A DNA stretch of 42,091 nucleotides from Acidobacteriota bacterium. GTDB taxonomy: Bacteria > Acidobacteriota > Polarisedimenticolia > J045. How positions within the stretch are numbered: position 1 is the first letter of the stretch; each line of letters starts with the position of its first letter. The notes beneath the pieces were generated by a model. That model saw nothing but the letters and a program-made list of their open reading frames with translations, searched no databases and was not told the origin of the DNA. Shown piece by piece: positions 17,264-24,603 of this stretch. The translations under genes were made by a program, and so were the position numbers. The stretch is from assembly GCA_024763475.1 (NCBI GenBank), contig JANTFM010000002.1, forward strand, positions 1-42,091, written 5' to 3'.

Positions 17264-18225
17264 CCGTACACCTCCGCGTGTTCGGTCCGGCCCGCAGATT
17301 CCGGGGAGAAGCGCTCAAGATAGTCTCTGTAGCTCTCCGCAAGCGCCTCGCGCAGCGTGAACTCCGCCTGCCAGCCGAGGGCGGCGAGGGGGGCCGCATC
17401 GAGAACCTTGACCGGCATGCCGTCGGGAAGCTCGGGATCGAAGCTGAGTTCCCCGTCGTAGGCGACAACCTCCCGGATCGTCTCGGCCAAGGCGGAGATC
17501 GTGATATCGCCGCCACAGCCGATATTGATCGGCTCCGCACCCTCGTAGTCGCTCATGATCGCGATCGAGGCTGCGGCGGCATCTTCGGAATAGATGAAAT
17601 CGCGGCGTGGACGGCCGGTGCCCCAGAGCTCGACCTTTGGCTCTCGGGCGATTTTCGCCTCGTGGATCTTCCGAATCATCGCAGGAATGACGTGCGAATT
17701 CTCGAGGCTGAAGTCCTCCCCCGGGCCGAAGGGATTCGACGGAATGGCACAGAGAAAGTCCGAGCCATACTGCGCTCGATAGGCTTCGCATAGTTTGATG
17801 CCCGCCACCTTCGCGACCGCGTAGGCCTCGTTACTGGGCTCGAGAGGCCCTCGCAGCAGGTACTCGGGAAAGAGAGGCTGGGGGCAGTCGCGGGGATAGG
17901 AACAGGATGACGCGAGATACAGCAGGCGTCGAACACCATAGCGGTGCGAGGCATCGATCACCTGCGTGGCCACCAGCAGGTTGTCGAGCATCAGTTCCGC
18001 AGGCTGGGACAAGTTTGCGCGGATGCCCCCTGACCTGCCCGCCGCGAGGAACACGTACTCCGGCAGGAACCAATCGAAGATCGAATCGACCAGGGCCTGG
18101 CCACGATGGCCGTCGCCTCCAACGACATGCACCTTCGTATAGCCCTCGAGCGCCAGGCGGCGGGCGAGCGCGGCACCCAGGAGAGTGCGCTGTTCGAAGA
18201 CGAGAATCCTGGAGTCCTTGTTCAC
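17260..18225 (-). CDS. GDP-L-fucose synthase / GDP-colitose synthase (ColC)-like SDR epimerase-reductase with a degenerate N-terminal glycine motif
   Basis: SSCSYP, YAVAKVAGIKLCEAY (YxxxK) and NSHVIPAMI closely match the GDP-fucose synthase catalytic motifs. The N-terminal GxxGxxG is replaced by EQRTLLG. Confidence 0.8.
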   Translation of the reverse strand: MNKDSRILVFEQRTLLGAALARRLALEGYTKVHVVGGDGHRGQALVDSIFDWFLPEYVFLAAGRSGGIRANLSQPAELMLDNLLVATQVIDASHRYGVRRLLYLASSCSYPRDCPQPLFPEYLLRGPLEPSNEAYAVAKVAGIKLCEAYRAQYGSDFLCAIPSNPFGPGEDFSLENSHVIPAMIRKIHEAKIAREPKVELWGTGRPRRDFIYSEDAAAASIAIMSDYEGAEPINIGCGGDITISALAETIREVVAYDGELSFDPELPDGMPVKVLDAAPLAALGWQAEFTLREALAESYRDYLERFSPESAGRTEHAEVYG

Positions 18226-19292
18226 CGTTGGACCTCCGTCGTGATCAGCTCGCGAAAACTGTCGATCTGCTGGTGTGAGCGAATCTCTTCCGCTTCGGAG
18301 TAGTCTTGCTCATGGTCGAGGAAGATGATCTGGCTGCCCGAGAACTCGAGCTTGAAGGGCACGTGGATCATGTGGCCCAGAGCGCTGCGGATCTGAAGGT
18401 GGCGATCCGGCGGCGCGAAGAGCAGCAGGAAGCCGCCACCCCCCGCGCCCGTTAGCTTCCCGCCAATGGCACCGTGGGCCAGGGCCCGCTCGTAGAGCCC
18501 GTCGATCTCCGGACTGCTGACGAGAGGGCTGAGACTGCGCTTGGCCTGCCATGCCTCGTGGAGCAGCTCCCCGAAGGCATTCAGGTCTTCCCGGCTGGTC
18601 AGGACGGTGATGGCTTCTTTCACCAGGTCAGACATGATGCGCAACTGCCTCTTGCGCGAGTCGAGCTTGTCGACAAAGGAGTCCGCGACGTTGGCCGCCG
18701 TGCGCACGATGCCCGTGTAGAAGAGCATCAGGTGCGACGAAAACTCTTCGGCGCGCGCCTTGTCGATGGTCACCGGCTGAACCAGGATCTCGCCATTGCG
18801 CTGGAAGCTAATGTGGTTGAGGCCCCCGTGGGCGGCGGACACCTGATCCTGGGATCCCACGGTCTCACCGATCAGGTCCTGCTCGATGTGGATCGCCTCT
18901 TCGGCGAGTTGTTTCTTGCTCGGCATCGATCCCTCGAGGCCGTAAAGCGCGTGAAGCAATCCGACAGTGAACGAAGAACTCGAGCCCATGCCGCTGCGCG
19001 CCGGCAGATCTCCGTCATGGTGGATCTCAACGCCGCGATTGAAGCGCCGGAAGCGCAGCACCTCCCGTACCGAAGGATGATCGATCTCGCTCGGATCCTG
19101 CGCGTTCTCGATCCTCGAGTACACGACGCGGTAGCGGTGATCGAAGAAGGGCGGCAGGAAACGACAGGTCAAGTAGCAGTACTTGTCGATACTCGTTGCG
19201 AGCACGCTTCCCCCGTGTTTGCGATACCACGCGGGATAGTCCGTACCGCCGCCGAGAAAGGAAACCCTGAAGGGTGTTCTACTGATGATCAT
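18222..19292 (-). CDS. hddA: GHMP-family sugar kinase, D-glycero-alpha-D-manno-heptose 7-phosphate kinase (HddA)-like
   Basis: N-terminus MIISRTPFRVSFLGGGTDYP and GHMP motif PARSGMGSSSSF. It sits beside gmhB and a heptose-1-P guanylyltransferase-like gene, with 4-nt overlaps on both sides. Confidence 0.8.
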   Translation of the reverse strand: MIISRTPFRVSFLGGGTDYPAWYRKHGGSVLATSIDKYCYLTCRFLPPFFDHRYRVVYSRIENAQDPSEIDHPSVREVLRFRRFNRGVEIHHDGDLPARSGMGSSSSFTVGLLHALYGLEGSMPSKKQLAEEAIHIEQDLIGETVGSQDQVSAAHGGLNHISFQRNGEILVQPVTIDKARAEEFSSHLMLFYTGIVRTAANVADSFVDKLDSRKRQLRIMSDLVKEAITVLTSREDLNAFGELLHEAWQAKRSLSPLVSSPEIDGLYERALAHGAIGGKLTGAGGGGFLLLFAPPDRHLQIRSALGHMIHVPFKLEFSGSQIIFLDHEQDYSEAEEIRSHQQIDSFRELITTEVQR

Positions 19293-19903
19293 TCGATACC
19301 CGTCCCGTCGTGAGCGTTGCCTGCCATGCCAGCCTGGCCCGCAGCTCCCTGACCTGCTCTCCCCATCTCCTGGCGGATCATTTCGAACGCTTCGGGGAGT
19401 CCATCGGCGACCAGATGCGGCGTGAGCCGCATCGTCTTCTCCTCCTTGCTTCCGTAACCACTTCGCACGAGCACGGTTCGCAGGCCCGCCCCCAGGCCGA
19501 CGCCGATGTCACACGCCTTGTCCCCGATCATGTAGCTGGCGCACGGGTCGAGTCCGAGCTCCTCCTGCGCCTGGCGAATCATGCCTAACGCCGGCTTGCG
19601 GCAGCTGCAGCCCTCCTCGGGCAGATGGGGGCAGTGATAGATCCCGTCGAGGAAGACTCCCGACTCCGCGAGTTCGTCCTGGAGCCGGCCATGGATCGCG
19701 TCGAGGGTCTTCACGTCGAAGAGGCCGCGAGCAAGGCCGGACTGGTTGGTCAAGAGAACCAAGCCGAAACCCAGGGCGTGGAACGCGCGGAGCGCCGCCG
19801 GAACACCGGGCAGAATCGCCAGGCCCGCCGGATCGGAGAGATAGTGCCTCTCCTCGATCACCGTGCCATCCCTGTCGAGGACGATGAAGGCGCGGCGACT
19901 CAC
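19289..19903 (-). CDS. gmhB: D,D-heptose 1,7-bisphosphate phosphatase (HAD family)
   Basis: HAD motif I VLDRDGT. GmhB-type zinc motif CPHLPEEGCSCRKP. GDKxxD motif (IGDKACD). Confidence 0.88.
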   Translation of the reverse strand: MSRRAFIVLDRDGTVIEERHYLSDPAGLAILPGVPAALRAFHALGFGLVLLTNQSGLARGLFDVKTLDAIHGRLQDELAESGVFLDGIYHCPHLPEEGCSCRKPALGMIRQAQEELGLDPCASYMIGDKACDIGVGLGAGLRTVLVRSGYGSKEEKTMRLTPHLVADGLPEAFEMIRQEMGRAGQGAAGQAGMAGNAHDGTGIE

Positions 19904-20682
19904 GCGAAGACCTCCTCTCGTGCTTCTGCGAGAAAGCTCTCCGCACGGGCATAGGACTCCGGCGTGCCGATATCCAGGAAGGCACCGGTGGCGCGGTGGC
20001 CGCAGAGCCGCCCCTCACCAGCCCAGAGCGGGAAGACGTCGCGCTCGAGAGACATCACCTGGCCAACAGCTATCTCGAGAGCCACCGCCCGCTCGATCAG
20101 GTAGATCCCGGCATTGATCCAGCCCGGACCTCCCGTGGCGCCCTTCTCCTCGAATCGCTCGATCTGCTGATTCACACCCAGTTCCACCCTGCCAAAGCGC
20201 CGGGTATCGTCCAGGTGGGCGAGGGCGAGGGACGTCGCCGCCCCGGACTCGAGATGGGCGGCAGCGAACGCATCGAGCTCCGTGTCAAAGCAGGAGTCCC
20301 CGTTGAGCACGATCAGGGTCTCACTGCGCGCTTCATCGAGTGCAAGGCGCAGCGCGCCCCCGGTTCCGAGCAATTCCTCTTCCCTGGAGTAGGCGATCTC
20401 CAGCCTGCCGGGAAGACCGCGGCCGTGATGCTCTCGGCCAAAGTGATCCATGACCATCTCTCCCAGGTAGCCGACGCAGAGCACCGCGCGCTGCACCCCC
20501 GCGCCCTGGAGGCGATCGAGGAGATAGGAGAGGAAGGGTCTACCGGAGACCGGTGCGAGGACCTTGGGCCGATCGGCCACAGCACGGCGCAGCCGGGTTC
20601 CGAGTCCCCCGGCCAGGACCACCGCGGTTGCCGTGGTCAGGAGCCGTCGCCCACCGGCCAGCCAGCTGTCATGAACCGACAA
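19900..20682 (-). CDS. hddC: Sugar-1-phosphate nucleotidyltransferase, D-glycero-alpha-D-manno-heptose 1-phosphate guanylyltransferase (HddC)-like
   Basis: VVLAGGLGTRLRRAVADRPKVLAPVSGRPFLSYLL nucleotidyltransferase signature. About 260 aa with no left-handed beta-helix domain. Context with hddA and gmhB. The exact start is uncertain: it overlaps the upstream gene by 14 nt. Confidence 0.78.
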   Translation of the reverse strand: MSVHDSWLAGGRRLLTTATAVVLAGGLGTRLRRAVADRPKVLAPVSGRPFLSYLLDRLQGAGVQRAVLCVGYLGEMVMDHFGREHHGRGLPGRLEIAYSREEELLGTGGALRLALDEARSETLIVLNGDSCFDTELDAFAAAHLESGAATSLALAHLDDTRRFGRVELGVNQQIERFEEKGATGGPGWINAGIYLIERAVALEIAVGQVMSLERDVFPLWAGEGRLCGHRATGAFLDIGTPESYARAESFLAEAREEVFA

Positions 20683-21676
20683 CGACCGTCTCCTTCCCCG
20701 TCACCGGCTGCGAGGGGCCGAGCCAGCGACCGGAGAGTTCCGTAACGTTCTTGAAGGGCGTGCGGCCGATGCAACGATAGCCCTTGAGTAGTTCCCTGAT
20801 GCCGTCGTCGAGGCCGCGCTTCGCCTCGAAGCCGCTCTCGCGGAGACGCCGGTTGGAGACGATGTAGTTGCGCTGATCGGGGTCCTTGCCATAGTTCGCA
20901 TAGTGGATGTAGAAGTTCGGCACGAACTCCTTGATCTTGTCCGCCAGCTCCGCCTTCGAGAGATTCGCCTCGTCGAGGCCGACGTTGAAGGCGCGGCCGA
21001 CCATCTTCGACGAATTCTCGATGGCGTGGAGGAAACAATCCGCGACATCGCGCACGTGGACGTAGTTGCGCTTGAAGTCCTTCTCGAAGATGACGATCGT
21101 GCCATCCGTGATCGCCGCGTAGACGAAGTGATTCACGAGGAGATCGAGGCGCATCCGGGGCGACATGCCGAAGACGGTGGCCAGGCGGAAGGTGATCGCG
21201 TCCCCCGCATCGAGGAGCGCCTGCTCGGCTTCCACCTTCGCTTTGCCGTAAAGCGAGATGGGCTCGAGGGGCGTCTCCTCGGTACAGTAGAGCTCACCGC
21301 TCTGGGTCCCGTAGCCGCTGTTCGTGGTCGGGTAGATCACGAGCTGGCCCTTCTGCGCCAGCGTATGCGAGAGGATCACCGCGTCACGGTTGGTGGAGAG
21401 CGTGCCCCAGGGATCCCGCTCGCAGGCAGGGGCCCCGACGATCGCCGCCAGCGGAACGATCACATCGTGCCCGGCGATCAGGTCCTTCATCAGCCGTTCA
21501 TCCCTGGCATCGCCGCAGACGATGTCGAAGTCCGGGTTCGCCGCCAGGTGAAAGAGGCTCTCGCGCCCGATGAGCAGGTTGTCGAGAGCGGTGACCTTGT
21601 GTCCCGCCTCGAGCAGGCGGGCAGCGAGGGTCGATCCAAGATATCCAGCGCCACCGGTGATCAGAACGCGTTGCAT
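20669..21676 (-). CDS. Extended SDR, NAD-dependent epimerase/dehydratase family (first gene of the operon)
   Basis: ATG at 21676 (MQRVLITGGAGYLGS) with a GGAGGA RBS about 10 nt upstream. YGKAK (YxxxK) is present. The usual S-T-D-E-V-Y-G dehydratase segment reads TTNSGYG. The ORF-track start at 21805 adds a non-homologous leader. Confidence 0.85.
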   Translation of the reverse strand: MQRVLITGGAGYLGSTLAARLLEAGHKVTALDNLLIGRESLFHLAANPDFDIVCGDARDERLMKDLIAGHDVIVPLAAIVGAPACERDPWGTLSTNRDAVILSHTLAQKGQLVIYPTTNSGYGTQSGELYCTEETPLEPISLYGKAKVEAEQALLDAGDAITFRLATVFGMSPRMRLDLLVNHFVYAAITDGTIVIFEKDFKRNYVHVRDVADCFLHAIENSSKMVGRAFNVGLDEANLSKAELADKIKEFVPNFYIHYANYGKDPDQRNYIVSNRRLRESGFEAKRGLDDGIRELLKGYRCIGRTPFKNVTELSGRWLGPSQPVTGKETVVVGS

Positions 21677-21895
21677 CGTCAGCAATCCTCCCCCCGGGAG
21701 CGCGAACACTCGTCCGAACATCCCGGAGCATGTGCGAGGGGCATGGGATAGCCCTGATGAGAATCTGGGTTCCGAGAACGGCAGCGTCAACGCACGCACA
21801 CACACAGTGGAGATCGGGCATCATCGGCCGCGAGGCCCCGGCGAAACGTCTCGATCTCGCCGGCATCCCACGGCCGAGCACAGAGGAGAAAGACG

Positions 21896-23446
21896 ATGGC
21901 CGAAAGGCAAGCAGATCGAGGCGGATTCCCTGGCGTCCAGGTCACACCACGGGACGAGCACAACCAGGCACTCGTGGACAACGTCCATCCCGCAGATTGG
22001 GTCAACCCGACTCCACCGCGGGGACGCTACGACATGGTCGTTGTCGGCGGCGGGACGGCGGGTCTGGTCACCGCAATCATCAGCGCCGGCCTCGGCGCCA
22101 AGGTCGCACTGATCGAACGGTACCTGCTCGGTGGAGACTGCCTGAACTACGGCTGTGTGCCCTCGAAAGCCTTGATCCGTGCGGGTCGCGCGGCCGCGGA
22201 TCTCCGCTCCGCCCATGAATTCGGAGTGGAGATCGAGGGAGAGACTCACGTCGATTTCGCCGCCGTCATGGAGCGCATGCGACGCCTGCGCGCCTCGATC
22301 TCGAAGCATGACTCGGCCCAACGCTTCCAGGAGGAAGGTGTTGACATCTACCTGGGTTCTGCGCGATTCACCGGCCGGGACACGGTCGAGGTCGACGGCA
22401 CGAGCCTTCGCTTCAAGAGGGCCTGCATCGCGACCGGAGCACGGGCAGCCGCTCCGCCGATCGCGGGGCTCGAGGACACGGGATACCTGAGCAACGAGAC
22501 CCTGTTCAACCTGACCCAGCTGCCCGGGCGCCTGGGCGTCATCGGAGGCGGACCCATCGGCAGCGAGATGGCGCAGTCCTTCGCTCGCTTCGGAGCCAAG
22601 GTCACCCAGTTCGAAGCCGGGGCGGGCATCTTGGGGCGTGACGACCCGGCCGCAGCACATATCGTGCAAGACGCGCTGATCTCAGATGGAGTCCAACTCA
22701 TAGTCAACGCGTCGGTTACAGGAGTACGTCAAGACGGATCCGAGAAACGAATCTCCTTTGCCAAGGACGGCTTGGATGAGTCGTTACACGTCGACGAGAT
22801 CCTGGTGGCCGTCGGGCGGGCCCCCAACGTCGATGGTCTCGGCCTCGAAGCCGCCGGTGTGGAGTACAGTCAGCGCCGCGGAGTCCAGGTCGATGAGCGG
22901 CTACAGACGACGAACTCGCGAATCTATGCCGCCGGGGATATCTGCTTTCCCTATAAGTTTACTCATACGGCGGACGCGATGGCGGCGATCGTCGTGCGAA
23001 ACAGCCTGTTTTTCGGGCGCTCCAAGACCAGCGCGTTGACCATCCCCTGGGCAACCTATACGGATCCGGAACTGGCCCACGTCGGCCTGACGCCGGCGGA
23101 AGCCACCTCGAAGGGCATCGAGATCACGACCTTCGAGCAATCCTTCGCCGAGGTCGACCGAGCGCTCCTCGAAGGCGAGGGCAGCGGTCTCGCCCGGATC
23201 CATGTCAAACAGGGCACAGACGAGATCGTCGGGGCCACGGTGGTCGCACGCCACGCGGGAGAAATGATCAGCGAGATCACCCTCGCCATGACCACGGGCG
23301 TGGGCCTCGGCCGGATCGCATCGACGATCCATCCCTACCCGACCCAATCGGAAGTCTGGCGTAAGCTCGCGAGCCAGTACATGAAGACCCGCCTGACGCC
23401 TTTCGCCAGGGGGTTGCTCTCCCGCATCATCCGATTCAGGCGCTGA
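21896..23446 (+). CDS. Class I pyridine nucleotide-disulfide oxidoreductase (MerA-like / dihydrolipoamide dehydrogenase-like flavoprotein)
   Basis: FAD motif VVVGGGTAGL, redox-active disulfide GGDCLNYGCVPSK, NAD(P) motif VIGGGPIGSE, and a C-terminal dimerisation domain with HPYPTQSE. No NmerA domain and no C-terminal Cys pair. Confidence 0.9.
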   Translation: MAERQADRGGFPGVQVTPRDEHNQALVDNVHPADWVNPTPPRGRYDMVVVGGGTAGLVTAIISAGLGAKVALIERYLLGGDCLNYGCVPSKALIRAGRAAADLRSAHEFGVEIEGETHVDFAAVMERMRRLRASISKHDSAQRFQEEGVDIYLGSARFTGRDTVEVDGTSLRFKRACIATGARAAAPPIAGLEDTGYLSNETLFNLTQLPGRLGVIGGGPIGSEMAQSFARFGAKVTQFEAGAGILGRDDPAAAHIVQDALISDGVQLIVNASVTGVRQDGSEKRISFAKDGLDESLHVDEILVAVGRAPNVDGLGLEAAGVEYSQRRGVQVDERLQTTNSRIYAAGDICFPYKFTHTADAMAAIVVRNSLFFGRSKTSALTIPWATYTDPELAHVGLTPAEATSKGIEITTFEQSFAEVDRALLEGEGSGLARIHVKQGTDEIVGATVVARHAGEMISEITLAMTTGVGLGRIASTIHPYPTQSEVWRKLASQYMKTRLTPFARGLLSRIIRFRR

Positions 23447-23523
23447 GAACGCCCCGGGACTTGCCTCTTCTCCAGGCGAAGCCAATCTTGACCGTCGGGA
23501 CGTGCCGTTCCCCGGAGGGTGCC

Positions 23524-24333
23524 ATGACGAACAGCGAGTCGAAGGACCTGCCCTGGGTCCTCTTCCGTGTCGAGAACCAGCTCCTGGCGGTCGATTCGCT
23601 CGCCGTCCAGGAGATGATTGCCATTCCTCCCGTGACAGAGGTGCCTCATACGCCGGCCTGGGTTCGTGGCGTCTTCAACCTGCGCGGACAGGTCATCCCT
23701 CTCGTGGACCTGCGGGTCCGCTTCGGGATGGAGCAGTATCCGCAGAAGATGATCGAGCTTGCCGCACTCCTCAAACGTCGTGAACAAGACCTCCTCGCCT
23801 GGCTGGACGAACTCGAGAAATCTGTCGCAGAGCAGAGGGAATTCGAGGGGCAGACCGACCCGGACAGGTGCAAATTCGGCCTGTGGTATCGCGAATTCCG
23901 CACGGAACACGTGCTTCTGGCTCAGCTGCTGAGTAAGTTCGACAAACCCCATCGGAAGCTCCATGAGGTCGCTCAGCAAATCAAGGACTTCCAAGGGTGC
24001 GGGGACCACGAGAGCGCCATGCGTTTGATCTCCCGGACGCGGAACAGCACCCTGGGAGAGATAGGCCAGCTGGTCGAGCGCGCCCAACATCTGATCCAGG
24101 AATCCATGACGGAGACGGCCCTCGTCCTCAAGATCGAGGGCAAGGTCTTCGGCGTCACGGCGGACAGCATCGAGGCGGTCGAGAAATTCAAGGGCGGCTC
24201 CGTCGAAGAGTTGCCTGACATGTTGAGCAATTTCGAGGATCTCGTCGAAGGGGTCGCGAAGCGCGATCGAAGCGATGAGATCGCGCTAATGCTCAACATC
24301 GGGGAGCTGCTGCCGACCGCCCTGAGTGCCTGA
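23524..24333 (+). CDS. CheW-like protein with a nested CZB (chemoreceptor zinc-binding) domain
   Basis: ATG at 23524 with a GGAGGG RBS. The CheW N-half reads WVLFRVENQLLAVDSLAVQEMIAIPPVTEVPHTPAWVRGVFNLRGQVIPLVDLRVRFG. The CheW C-half reads ALVLKIEGKVFGVTADSIEAVEKF ... IALMLNIGELL. About 125 helical residues between them contain W-x22-CKFGLW-x21-HRKLH, which matches the CZB core motif. Confidence 0.8.
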   Translation: MTNSESKDLPWVLFRVENQLLAVDSLAVQEMIAIPPVTEVPHTPAWVRGVFNLRGQVIPLVDLRVRFGMEQYPQKMIELAALLKRREQDLLAWLDELEKSVAEQREFEGQTDPDRCKFGLWYREFRTEHVLLAQLLSKFDKPHRKLHEVAQQIKDFQGCGDHESAMRLISRTRNSTLGEIGQLVERAQHLIQESMTETALVLKIEGKVFGVTADSIEAVEKFKGGSVEELPDMLSNFEDLVEGVAKRDRSDEIALMLNIGELLPTALSA

Positions 24334-24353
24334 CCCGCTCCGCACCGATTGCG

Positions 24354-24535
24354 AGTCTGTGCCTGGTGGCTTCCGAGTCCACATCAAGTGGCGTCAGACT
24401 CGTTGTCCCGTTGTTGCCAAGTCTGCTCCAAGCAGCTTCCGAATCCGTATCTGCCGGCTTTCCAAGTCTGTTCCAAGCGGCTTCCAAATCCGTATCTGTC
24501 GGCTTTCCAGTCTGTGTCTGGCGGCTTCCGCCTTC
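24354..24535. repeat. Four direct copies of a 27-nt motif (agtctgNNNNNNgNNgcttccNNNtYc) between the CheW-like gene and the second sortilin-like gene
   Basis: Copies lie at 24354-24380, 24420-24446, 24465-24491 and 24509-24535. The two central 45-bp units (24417-24461 and 24462-24506) match at 41 of 45 positions. Confidence 0.8.
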
Positions 24536-24603
24536 GTGCGCACCCTGCCGGTCGATGCATTGTTCTCGAAGCTGTGGATCTGCTAGCCTGACGCCATTCC
24601 TCC

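Noticed and set aside
21677-21805. A 43-aa N-terminal extension of the SDR ORF
   Set aside because: The Rossmann fold begins right after the ATG at 21676, which has a strong GGAGGA RBS. The extension has no SDR homology and lies in the divergent promoter region.
21791-21807. A short (ca)n-like microsatellite, cgcacgcacacacacag, in the divergent promoter region
   Set aside because: It is too short and imperfect to support any claim. It is probably incidental low-complexity sequence.
21896-23446. Calling the flavoprotein a mercuric reductase (merA) or part of a mer operon
   Set aside because: It has no N-terminal HMA/NmerA domain and no C-terminal Cys-Cys pair. There are no merR, merT or merP genes nearby. 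Only the generic class I disulfide reductase features are supported.
24326-24591. Overlapping 80-86-aa plus-strand ORFs, and the 5' part of ORF 24366..25082, across the 27-nt repeat array
   Set aside because: Their reading frames are open only because of the repeat. The translations are repetitive and low-complexity (SKSVPSGFQIRICRLS), three frames are open simultaneously, and no RBS is present.
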